NCBI GenBank assembly: GCA_031551265.1
Contig: JAVBNU010000026.1
Span: 858-64,857, forward strand
DNA from: Candidatus Gastranaerophilaceae bacterium
Lineage (GTDB): Bacteria > Cyanobacteriota > Vampirovibrionia > Gastranaerophilales > Gastranaerophilaceae
Direction of reading: 5' to 3'
Length of the DNA: 64,000 bases
A program made the translations under genes and the position numbers. Positions 56,456 through 64,000 of this stretch are shown piece after piece. The notes under the pieces are model-generated. The model was not told the DNA's origin. It ran no database searches and saw only the letters and a program-made list of their open reading frames with translations. The first letter of the stretch is position 1, and every line of letters starts with the position of its first letter.

Positions 56456-59311
56456 ATGGCAAAAAAATCAAAACTACAATTAAGTGAAGAACTTGTAATC
56501 GAAAAATTTGGACAACCAAAGGAAATCAAAAATGGCGAATGGATTTATCCATGTCCTTGTTGTTTAGATGAAGGCGGTGACAGTGACCACGACCATCTAA
56601 AAATCAACATTGCAAAAGGTTTTATAACCTGTTTTGCCAATCCGGAACATTCAAAAGAACTGGTAAAACAATACTTTGAAAACTTTGAGTCAGAGCCCAA
56701 AGTTTCTACTGGTGACCTTGAGGTAAGTCATGAAAAAGTACACTTAATGCACAATGAACTAAAAAACAACAAAGACGCTATGGAGCTTTTGTATTCAAAA
56801 GGTTACAATGAACAGACAATAAATAAAATGCAAATCGGACTTTATTGTGGCGATTGGTTTGTTTTACCTATGATAACACTTGATAATCAACTTGTTGGTT
56901 ATGAGTTCAGACATAGTAATAATTTCAAATTTTCCCATAAATCCAAAGGCTATGCTGATGATGAGCGGAAAACTTTGTGCCTGATTAATGATTCTGGCAA
57001 ACAAGAAAATCTACTTGTCATGGCAGGATTCAAAGACGGACATGTTATGTGGCGTTATCTTCAAGAATCAGGCAATCTTTTAGACTACACAGTTGTAACA
57101 GCTAGTAATGGCGAGGCAAATACATTAAGAGCTCTAAACGCAAACTCTGGTTTTGTTAAGAAATTCAAAAAAATAATTATTTGTTTGGACAAAGATAAAA
57201 CAGGTAAAGCCAGTACAAGGAAGATTGCTCTTGAGTTAGGTCTGCCTGTGCATGAATTAAAGCTACCATTTCTTAAAAACGAGGAAGATAAAAAATTCAA
57301 AGATTTTACGGATTGGTATAATCTTGCAAAAGAAATCGATTATAACGCTTCTATTTTGCCTGAAAAAGTAAAGCTTATACCTGAAAGTCGTATCAATAAA
57401 TGTATTAGTAATGAAGATACTCTAAATAAAGCTAAACTTGTTGATATATCTAAATTATCAGGAGTTCAGGCGGGTATTTACCCAACAAAATACGGTTATT
57501 ATGAGGTCTATTACAAAGGACAAGACAATGAAAAAGCTTACTTAATAAGAAAAACTAATTTTACTTTTCACATCACACGAGAAGTAATCAGTAATAATAA
57601 TAAATTTGATTTTGAAAAAGCACACAAGCTTGAACTTCACACTAGTATCAACGGAATAAAGACAAAATCTGTCATATTTTCACCTGATGATTTAACAAAA
57701 CCAGAAAAAATATCTGAAATTCTCAAAACAAACGGTATCCATTTTTCTTGTTTAAGTGCAAACGAACTCAAAAGCGTTTTAGAAACTGAATACCGAGATT
57801 GCAACCGCATTTTGCATATATTTGAAAACCCGGGTACTGCAAAAGTAGGTGACAACGAATATTGGCTATATAAAAATGCTTGTGTTATTACTACCACTGG
57901 TGAAATTGTCTTAGCACAAAAAGATTCTTTGATGAGGCAAGGTGTAATCAAATTAGACAATGATTGCGAAATGGCGCTTGAACCGACAAAAGGAATGCAT
58001 GCACCGGTATTGCCTGATGAAATTAAACTTGAATCTATGCTCAAAAAGTATAAATATCTCGAAGAAACTGCAAATTTATACAAAAGTATGCATGAAAAGT
58101 CGCCTGATTCGATTAATATTCTTACATCAGCTTTAATACGAAATACTTTAGAGTCATATAATGGAAGCATTGAACCATTTATGTTGCTTGGCAATATAAT
58201 TATGTCTCCTGCCATAGACACTGTTTATGAAGAAATTACAGGCTACCCTGTCAGCTATGCTTATGGTGAAGCACGTAGCGGTAAAAGTAATATTTTAACA
58301 CTCGGTGCAAAAATCTATGGATACAAGAGCAACTATCTAAGTGGTGGCAATGATACCAGTAACAATTTAATGCATAATATGGAATATTATAGCAAAACAC
58401 CCATATTATTCTCCGAAATAGAAGCTAATATAAGAAAGCGTTTTTCTGAAAATGTTAAGGCTTTATATGACCGCATACCTAGAAAACTGATGAAAGCATA
58501 CGGCGAAAATCAGAATATCAAAGCTATCAATGGGACTATTCACTTCGCTACAAATGATATGATTCCTAAAAATGAACAAACAATGTCCCGTTTGATTTTT
58601 ACCGAATTTAAACAAAATAATTTTGACTATACAAAAGCAATACCTTTCAACAGTGTACGAGATGATTTAATAGGTTTAATTTTGCCGCAAATGTTGCCCT
58701 TTCTTAATCATAAAAAATATATTGAGACTTTATTACGCAAAAACATTCTTGAAATCAAATTGCTTAAAGCAGAAAGTAAGTTGCAAATTGATGATAGAAG
58801 TGCTAACAACATTGCAGTTGCAAAAACAGGAATTGATTTATTATTCATAGTTGCAGGGATAGATTTGACAAATGCAAACAATGAAATAAAGCAAATGTTG
58901 GCAAATTATAAAGCTTATCTTGCTCAATATGCAGGTTTGGTTGAAACAAAAGACCATTTCGTCACATTCATGGAAATTCTTACAGAATTATTCAAGCAAG
59001 ACAGACCTGCATCAGGGAAAGATTATAAACTTTATAATGGAGGATTGGCAATTTATCTTAAACCAATAATGCCGGCATTCCGTGAAATCTTAAAGCGAAC
59101 CAGTGAACCCAACACATATATCCCTACAGAAACAGAAATCAAACATGCTGCAGAAAAACACGGATGTGAAACCAATTATAATGTTGATTTCTCAGGAAAA
59201 ACCAGACGGGCATTAGTTATTCCTAAAGATGTTGAGGGTGTGGATTACATAATATCCATAATAGGAACCACACCTGAAGAACAACAAAAATGTGCTGGCA
59301 AAGTGATATAG
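56456..59311 (+). CDS. bifunctional primase-helicase (zinc finger + Toprim + P-loop NTPase)
   Basis: 951 aa with a GGAGG RBS. It has an N-terminal CPCC...HDH Zn-binding region, a Toprim-like IIICLDKDKTGK, and Walker A GEARSGKSN with ILFSEIE. Confidence 0.7.
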   Translation: MAKKSKLQLSEELVIEKFGQPKEIKNGEWIYPCPCCLDEGGDSDHDHLKINIAKGFITCFANPEHSKELVKQYFENFESEPKVSTGDLEVSHEKVHLMHNELKNNKDAMELLYSKGYNEQTINKMQIGLYCGDWFVLPMITLDNQLVGYEFRHSNNFKFSHKSKGYADDERKTLCLINDSGKQENLLVMAGFKDGHVMWRYLQESGNLLDYTVVTASNGEANTLRALNANSGFVKKFKKIIICLDKDKTGKASTRKIALELGLPVHELKLPFLKNEEDKKFKDFTDWYNLAKEIDYNASILPEKVKLIPESRINKCISNEDTLNKAKLVDISKLSGVQAGIYPTKYGYYEVYYKGQDNEKAYLIRKTNFTFHITREVISNNNKFDFEKAHKLELHTSINGIKTKSVIFSPDDLTKPEKISEILKTNGIHFSCLSANELKSVLETEYRDCNRILHIFENPGTAKVGDNEYWLYKNACVITTTGEIVLAQKDSLMRQGVIKLDNDCEMALEPTKGMHAPVLPDEIKLESMLKKYKYLEETANLYKSMHEKSPDSINILTSALIRNTLESYNGSIEPFMLLGNIIMSPAIDTVYEEITGYPVSYAYGEARSGKSNILTLGAKIYGYKSNYLSGGNDTSNNLMHNMEYYSKTPILFSEIEANIRKRFSENVKALYDRIPRKLMKAYGENQNIKAINGTIHFATNDMIPKNEQTMSRLIFTEFKQNNFDYTKAIPFNSVRDDLIGLILPQMLPFLNHKKYIETLLRKNILEIKLLKAESKLQIDDRSANNIAVAKTGIDLLFIVAGIDLTNANNEIKQMLANYKAYLAQYAGLVETKDHFVTFMEILTELFKQDRPASGKDYKLYNGGLAIYLKPIMPAFREILKRTSEPNTYIPTETEIKHAAEKHGCETNYNVDFSGKTRRALVIPKDVEGVDYIISIIGTTPEEQQKCAGKVI

Positions 59312-59320
59312 GGGGTAATT

Positions 59321-59512
59321 ATGGATAACTTATTAAATATCCCTGAAACAGCTAGATGTCTTCGTGTTTCGCTAAGCACCCTTTATAGATGGGTGCACCA
59401 AAAGAAGATACAGCATGTCAAAATCGGCTCCAGAGTCTTATTTTCAGAAAAACATCTCCTAGAGTTTCTTGATAGAAACACAATCATACCAAAAGGGGCA
59501 GGTCAATATTAA
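59321..59512 (+). CDS. excisionase-family HTH protein
   Basis: 63 aa. IPETARCLRVSLSTLYRWVHQKKIQHVKIGSRVLF matches the excisionase/MerR-like HTH_17 pattern. Confidence 0.75.
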   Translation: MDNLLNIPETARCLRVSLSTLYRWVHQKKIQHVKIGSRVLFSEKHLLEFLDRNTIIPKGAGQY

Positions 59513-59659
59513 AACCCGGCACTACAAGAGCACCGTAGCATAATTGGCACGGTGCTCCGGCGCCCCTCTTAACCCCAAAGACAAGTTAGCAAAAGTTAGC
59601 ATACAGGCTCGCGAATAGGCAGCAACACGTTAAAATCAATATAGAAAGGCATAATACAA

Positions 59660-60787
59660 GTGGCAAAAGTATTCAAACGCAAATGGAAAAATAGAAAAGG
59701 TGAAGGCTCGACCTGGGCTTTCACTTATTCTGATACTTTTGGCAAACGCAAGATTGAAAGCGGCTTTGATACTAAAGCAGAAGCCGAAACAGAGCTTTCT
59801 AAGCGCCTTCAAGAAGTTGACAACGGAATGTATCAAGAGGTTAACAAGTCTCTCACCTTCGCTCAACTCGCTGAAAAGTTTATGAATCACTATGCTAAGC
59901 TACATCTTGAACAATCAACTTATGACACACATGAAACCAATTTGCGGGTGCATTTAATGCCTATATTTGGCAAAATGAAGATTTTAGATATCACAACGAG
60001 TACAATTAATGAGTTTATCGTATTGAAAAAAGATTGTACAAATCTCTCAAACGCAACCATAAATAAGATTGTAGCACTTTTAAAAAATATTTTCTCAAAT
60101 GCTTATCAAGATGGTATAATCAATCGCAACCCTTCTTTAAGAGTCAAAAAGCTCAAAGAAGCAAAGCCTGAACAGTTATTTTTGACAAAGAAAGAAGTTG
60201 ATGCGGTGCTTGAAGCTGCAAAGCAACATTATCCTGATTTCTTCCCCCTTTTGTTCTGTGCGGTATCAACAGGCGCCAGGCAAGGCGAGTTATTTGCACT
60301 CACATGGGACAAAATTAATTTTGTTGAGGACTATATTAAAATTGACCGCAGTGTATATAAAGAAAAGTTCAAAGCACCCAAAACGCTATCATCTATTAGA
60401 AAAATATACATTAGTGATGAATTGATTAAAATTTTGAAGTCATGGCGTCTGCGCTGCCCTCACAGCGAACTTAACCTTGTGTTCCCCAATAAGGTCGGTG
60501 GGTTTATGGACGGACATAATATGAGGAACCGTGAATTTAGTGCTGTTTTAAGGCGTGCAGGAGTGACACGGGTGCGATTTCATGACCTTAGACATACATT
60601 TGCAAGTCTGTTAATTACAAACGGTGCTAACATTAAATATGTTCAAAATCAACTAGGCCACGCCACAACTGATATGACATTAAATACATACTCGCACTTG
60701 ATGCCTGAATCTATTGATGAAGGTGTGCAAATTATGAATGGTATTTTTAGTTCGAAAGATAATGATGTCAGGAAGTTTGGGACGTAG
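59660..60787 (+). CDS. int: tyrosine site-specific integrase
   Basis: 375 aa with a GTG start. Motifs are TGARQGEL, HDLRHTFASL and GHATTDMTLNTYSHL. Confidence 0.9.
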   Translation: MAKVFKRKWKNRKGEGSTWAFTYSDTFGKRKIESGFDTKAEAETELSKRLQEVDNGMYQEVNKSLTFAQLAEKFMNHYAKLHLEQSTYDTHETNLRVHLMPIFGKMKILDITTSTINEFIVLKKDCTNLSNATINKIVALLKNIFSNAYQDGIINRNPSLRVKKLKEAKPEQLFLTKKEVDAVLEAAKQHYPDFFPLLFCAVSTGARQGELFALTWDKINFVEDYIKIDRSVYKEKFKAPKTLSSIRKIYISDELIKILKSWRLRCPHSELNLVFPNKVGGFMDGHNMRNREFSAVLRRAGVTRVRFHDLRHTFASLLITNGANIKYVQNQLGHATTDMTLNTYSHLMPESIDEGVQIMNGIFSSKDNDVRKFGT

Positions 60788-60860
60788 AGAATTAATATTA
60801 TTAAAATAATTGGTTTTGCATTAATAATTTTGTTTTTTACTTATGTTAAAATAAGGTTAA

Positions 60861-61244
60861 ATGGAATTAGGAAATCATTATATGGAAAAATTTTTACCTT
60901 ATGTAACTGCAATCATAGCCATTCTAGGTTTTGTATTTTCTGTTTGGAAATATATTGATTTGAAGAACAGGGAAGAAAAACGTTTAAACTATGAAAACTA
61001 TAGTAAAATCATTCAAAATTTAAAAGGTGAACTAAACCATAATACTGAAATGGTCTTTTTAGAAGGTTCATTTTATGTGGCAAATGTATATAAATTATTG
61101 GAATTTCCTGAATATAAATATATTTCGATTCCATTGTTAAATTTAAAGAAAGAAACTCTTAGTGTAGAAAATGAAAAACAATTAAAACACATAGAAATGG
61201 CTATCGACGACGTTCTTAAAAAGTTAACTCTTTTGAAAAAATAA
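60861..61244 (+). CDS. hypothetical membrane-anchored protein (127 aa)
   Basis: One TM helix (YVTAIIAILGFVFSVW). An alternative start is at 60882. Confidence 0.4.
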   Translation: MELGNHYMEKFLPYVTAIIAILGFVFSVWKYIDLKNREEKRLNYENYSKIIQNLKGELNHNTEMVFLEGSFYVANVYKLLEFPEYKYISIPLLNLKKETLSVENEKQLKHIEMAIDDVLKKLTLLKK

Positions 61245-61252
61245 AATCATTT

Positions 61253-61271
61253 TGCAACAATTTTGCAACAA
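61253..61271 (+). repeat. arm-type repeat, element B right arm
   Basis: TGCAACAATTTTGCAACAA has the same 11-bp-spaced TGCAACAA pair as 49321-49339. Confidence 0.55.
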
Positions 61272-61355
61272 AATCGCTTTTTTGGCAAATTTTAGGCTGA
61301 AATGCAAAGAGTTGCAAAATGCTTAAAGCTATGTCTTGCAACTCTTTTAACAATT

Positions 61356-61429
61356 TCGGAACGACAGGATTTGAACCTGCGACCCCTACCACCCCAAGGT
61401 AGTACGCTACCAAGCTGCGCCACGTCCCG
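61356..61429 (-). tRNA. tRNA-Pro (anticodon GGG)
   Basis: Hand-folded 74 nt: CGGGACG-TG-GCGC-AGCTTGGTA-GCGT-A-CTACC-TTGGGGT-GGTAG-GGGTC-GCAGG-TTCAAAT-CCTGT-CGTTCCG-A. G37 and the TTCAAAT T-loop are present. CCA is not encoded. Confidence 0.85.
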
Positions 61430-61536
61430 ATATTTTCATTATGCTATTTAATTTTCAATTTTCGTTTTTTCGGGACTGCCGCAGCTATCCCCTCCATTTC
61501 GCATCTGACATTAAGTCAGCTGCTCACGGAGTCCTT

Positions 61537-61554
61537 GCCACGTCCCGATATTTT
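61537..61554. repeat. 18-nt duplicate of the tRNA-Pro 5' end plus its upstream flank
   Basis: GCCACGTCCCGATATTTT is identical to 61419-61436. Confidence 0.6.
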
Positions 61555-61574
61555 TATGAAGTTTTCAAATTCCG

Positions 61575-61598
61575 TTGGGGTGGAAACCCCAACCTACA
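61575..61598 (-). repeat. REP family B unit
   Basis: The minus strand reads TGTAG-GTTGGGGT-TTCC-ACCCCAA. Confidence 0.7.
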
Positions 61599-61712
61599 TT
61601 TTGGTAACTGTATTCCCAACGTTATTCCATGCTAGCTGAAATTTGAACTTTTTTCAAGTTGTTATTTATATTTGTGTTATTATTGGTGCGATAGGATATA
61701 GAGAGGTAAATT

Positions 61713-62120
61713 ATGAAAAAGATTATTTATTTGTTGTTGGCATTTGTTGTCGCAACATGTACGGTGTTTGCTGCTGAAACAAAAATCAACCCTGACAACA
61801 TTAAAACAATGGATCAGTACACAAATTATGTTGAGCAAGTGTTTTTTGATAAAACTCCAACAGCGTTTTCTTATGTAAAAAGACAAATTATTTACAAAGT
61901 AGAGATTGATCCGGCTGGTAAAATCAGTAATTACGAAGTTCTACAATCTTCAGGCTCAAAAAAATATGATGACAAAGTGCAAGATGCTGTGAATTCTGTG
62001 CTGCTTCCGGCATTCCCTAAGAAATCAAATGTGAAAAAACTAACTTTTACATATGATGTTGAAAAAAGAACGAACGTACAAGTTCCGGTTAATGTAGTAT
62101 TACCAAAAATTAAAATTTAA
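61713..62120 (+). CDS. secreted TonB C-terminal-domain-like protein
   Basis: 135 aa. The signal peptide is MKKIIYLLLAFVVATCTVFA. IYKVEIDPAGKISNYEVLQSSGSKKYDDKVQDAV resembles the TonB_C fold pattern. Confidence 0.4.
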   Translation: MKKIIYLLLAFVVATCTVFAAETKINPDNIKTMDQYTNYVEQVFFDKTPTAFSYVKRQIIYKVEIDPAGKISNYEVLQSSGSKKYDDKVQDAVNSVLLPAFPKKSNVKKLTFTYDVEKRTNVQVPVNVVLPKIKI

Positions 62121-62131
62121 CAGCATTTTTC

Positions 62132-62153
62132 GGTGCGTAAGACGCACCCTACA
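62132..62153 (-). repeat. REP family A unit
   Basis: The minus strand reads TGTAG-GGTGCGT-CTT-ACGCACC. Confidence 0.7.
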
Positions 62154-62161
62154 ATTTAAAG

Positions 62162-62189
62162 ACTCCCGAGATTTTCCTTGGGAGTTTTT
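62162..62189. terminator. bidirectional intrinsic terminator between convergent genes
   Basis: ACTCCCGAG-ATTTTC-CTTGGGAGT (one G-T pair) followed by TTTT, with AAA on the 5' side. Confidence 0.6.
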
Positions 62190-62199
62190 AGTTAATTAA

Positions 62200-62433
62200 T
62201 TATTTTTTCCTGAAAATTACTTCATAACCTAAAATTTCGGCAACTTCTATCAATTCTTTTGAATATAGCTTATCTTCATTTAATTTTCTTGTGAAATTAG
62301 CTATTTTATCGTTACGCCCGTATGCTTCATTAATGTTTCTTTTTACTGCAGAAATAGTCGTACCATTATATGTAATTAATGATTTTAAAGTCTTTGCCAT
62401 ATTGTTTGAGTGTATGATTACTTCTTTTTCCAT
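62200..62433 (-). CDS. small hypothetical protein (77 aa), possibly HTH-like
   Basis: ORF from the track. The C-terminal ELIEVAEILGYEVIF resembles the end of an XRE-type HTH. Confidence 0.4.
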   Translation of the reverse strand: MEKEVIIHSNNMAKTLKSLITYNGTTISAVKRNINEAYGRNDKIANFTRKLNEDKLYSKELIEVAEILGYEVIFRKK

Positions 62434-62537
62434 ACTATTATTTTACAATTTATTTACTAAAAGTTGATTTTTTATCTTATTATAATATAATTATATTGTA
62501 ATAAGATAAAATAATTACATAATATAAAGGGATTAAC

Positions 62538-62723
62538 ATGAAATACAATAAAAAAACAAAGCAGTTAGCTGAGCATGTGTGTCTTGTGTCAGAAAAACTG
62601 ATTGTGCTTAATAAGTTTGCTTATGAATGTGATAAAAGAGCAGATGCGATGACTCTGATTAGTATTTCCTTGGGTTATTTGAGCAGACTTAAGAAAAAGA
62701 TGGTAAAAATTTATGATATTTAA
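62538..62723 (+). CDS. small hypothetical protein (61 aa)
   Basis: ORF from the track with an AAGGGA-like RBS. I recognise no motif. Confidence 0.3.
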   Translation: MKYNKKTKQLAEHVCLVSEKLIVLNKFAYECDKRADAMTLISISLGYLSRLKKKMVKIYDI

Positions 62724-62733
62724 ACATTTTTAC

Positions 62734-63474
62734 TCAAATCGCTGCGCCTTTTTGACTGACCATTTTATTTAATGCTTGTTTTGCGCCTTCGTATTCTTTA
62801 GCGAGTTTAATCACAAAATCACTGGCTTCGAGGTCGCGCGCAATTGCTTCTTTGAGTTCATAGACTTCTGATGTTGTCATAACACTTACGTTATCGTTAT
62901 TCATGAATTTGTACATTTGTTTAAATTTTTCTTGAGTTTTTGTATCATAGCCGGGCAGCTCGATTCTAAACGCGTACCACATGTGAAATTGATGCAGCAT
63001 TTTATAAGTGTCGGGTTTTTTGTCGCAGATGACGAACATTTCGGAGGTTTTGAATGATATTGATAGTTTTTTATTTGCGATAATGTTGACAATAAAGTTT
63101 AGGTACAGGGCTTTGAGACCGCATAGAGGTGTGATAAATCCTTCTTCTTCACCAATGGTTTTTAAAATTGCATCTGCTCCTGCGAATCTATAGACAGGGG
63201 TTCCTTCTTCTTGTACGAATCCCAGCAAAATTTCGGGGTCATTTTGGGCCGTTTTGACGATTTTTGTGATATCGGCTTCCATGCGTTTCTTTTTTTGTTC
63301 GGATTTTGAGTTTAGGTTCAGGCTTGCGCCTTCTTGCAGCACGACTTTATTAGTGCCGTTGGAGTAGGATGTGTTGGCTTTTTGGTAGGCTTGTAGCTGC
63401 TCCAAGCGCTTTTGCTGTCGTTTTTTCTGTAATTCAGCGATAAACTCGTAAAAAATATCTTTAAATCCTTGCAT
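62734..63474 (-). CDS. hypothetical protein (246 aa)
   Basis: ORF from the track. It has an N-terminal coiled-coil-like KKRQQKRLEQLQ, then a globular region. I recognise no motif. Confidence 0.5.
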   Translation of the reverse strand: MQGFKDIFYEFIAELQKKRQQKRLEQLQAYQKANTSYSNGTNKVVLQEGASLNLNSKSEQKKKRMEADITKIVKTAQNDPEILLGFVQEEGTPVYRFAGADAILKTIGEEEGFITPLCGLKALYLNFIVNIIANKKLSISFKTSEMFVICDKKPDTYKMLHQFHMWYAFRIELPGYDTKTQEKFKQMYKFMNNDNVSVMTTSEVYELKEAIARDLEASDFVIKLAKEYEGAKQALNKMVSQKGAAI

Positions 63475-63553
63475 AAAATTCCCTTTGATAAAAGTGTAAC
63501 TTCCTATATATTTAATAAAAACAATTCAGAGGAAAAAATTGCGCAAGGTAATA

Positions 63554-64000
63554 TTAAAATCCTGCCTCATAATAACTACCTGTATATACAAACCCTGGTA
63601 AAAAGCCTTGCATATCTACTTGTGGTAAAGGTGGCTTTTCTTCTTTTGGTGGTAGTGAGTCTGACAAAAATCTTATTGTTGTGGGGTACACAGCGCCGCT
63701 TTTGGCTTGCATGCCTTTAATTATTATCTCATCATCAGGATTGGCGCATACTGCATTTAAGGTTTTCCAGTATTTATTTTTTTCGTGATTCATGGCGCGT
63801 CTAAAATCTTGAGGTAATTTAATTTCTCTATCATTAAACTGTCTATTAATTTCGGAAAAACCTTTGCTCGCGTTATTTACTTTTTCAGCGTCTTTGCCGG
63901 TTAAAATGTACACATCACCGGTTTGGCTGTTAGCGACTTTAGCAACAGCTCTGTCGCCGTATTCATGGAACAAATGTGCCGGCTTCTCTTTATGGCTTGC
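63554..64000 (-). CDS. hypothetical protein; N-terminus lies off the window
   Basis: The reading frame stays open to the window end upstream of the track start at 63973 (..ASHKEKPAHLFHEYGDRAV..). Confidence 0.45.
   Translation of the reverse strand, partial: ASHKEKPAHLFHEYGDRAVAKVANSQTGDVYILTGKDAEKVNNASKGFSEINRQFNDREIKLPQDFRRAMNHEKNKYWKTLNAVCANPDDEIIIKGMQAKSGAVYPTTIRFLSDSLPPKEEKPPLPQVDMQGFLPGFVYTGSYYEAGF

Larger units (their letters stand above)
49149..61397. mobile_element. integrative element B (~12.2 kb), satellite/PICI-like
   Basis: It is bounded by the 42-nt direct repeat. It carries Xis and an integrase next to the intact tRNA, a primase-helicase, a Cro/CI-like regulator, and TGCAACAA-N3-TGCAACAA repeats in both arms. 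No capsid, tail or conjugation genes are seen. Confidence 0.7.

Noticed and set aside
59528-59557. 9-bp-stem hairpin (GAGCACCGT-12 nt-ACGGTGCTC) between xis and int of element B, considered as a terminator.
   Set aside because: No T-tract follows it on either strand. It may be a regulatory or processing structure, but I cannot support a terminator call.
61441-61635. 64-aa ORF right of the tRNA.
   Set aside because: It covers the tRNA 5'-end duplicate, a palindromic region and a REP unit, so it is an artefact of the repeats.

Overview
This is a low-GC bacterial chromosome segment, roughly one-third G+C by eye. Positions 1-41.2 kb are core genome. They hold a truncated GPH/MFS sugar carrier, thrB and dnaN, with an AT-rich region carrying DnaA-box-like motifs upstream of dnaN and no dnaA gene nearby. 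Then come a TPR protein, a PfkB kinase, csaB, glmS, a large nucleotidyltransferase-domain protein, ubiE/menG, asnS and a complete co-directional pyrimidine cluster on the minus strand (pyrK-pyrD-pyrE-pyrB-pyrC-pyrF-carA-ORF87-carB). The core continues with valS, a PLD-family protein, a flavoprotein, a ParD/ParE-type TA pair, nhaB and a tandem PII-like protein. Two long low-complexity proteins look like distant paralogs. Core intergenic regions carry two families of hairpin repeats: REP/BIME-like units with a GTAG tetranucleotide, and GTC-AT...AT-C hairpins whose stems covary. Positions 41.3-61.4 kb are accessory. Two different integrative elements sit in tandem at one tRNA-Pro(GGG) gene (61356-61429, minus). 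Each is bounded by copies of the tRNA 3' end, and each has its own Xis, tyrosine integrase and arm-type repeats. Element A (about 7.9 kb) carries an AAA ATPase, small-protein operons and an RHH/orphan/Rep_trans-like module. Element B (about 12.2 kb) resembles a phage satellite or PICI. It has a primase-helicase, iteron-like repeats and no structural genes. Its cargo is an unknown protein plus an HTH-ImmA/IrrE peptidase pair, a class II Fic gene behind a phased operator array, and small secreted or membrane ORFs. The cargo of element B is my best candidate for an undescribed toxin/defence-type system. All functional calls come from motifs I recognise in the translations, since no database search was possible. 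Lineage cannot be assigned. csaB plus dnaN without dnaA weakly suggests a cyanobacteria-related non-photosynthetic group.
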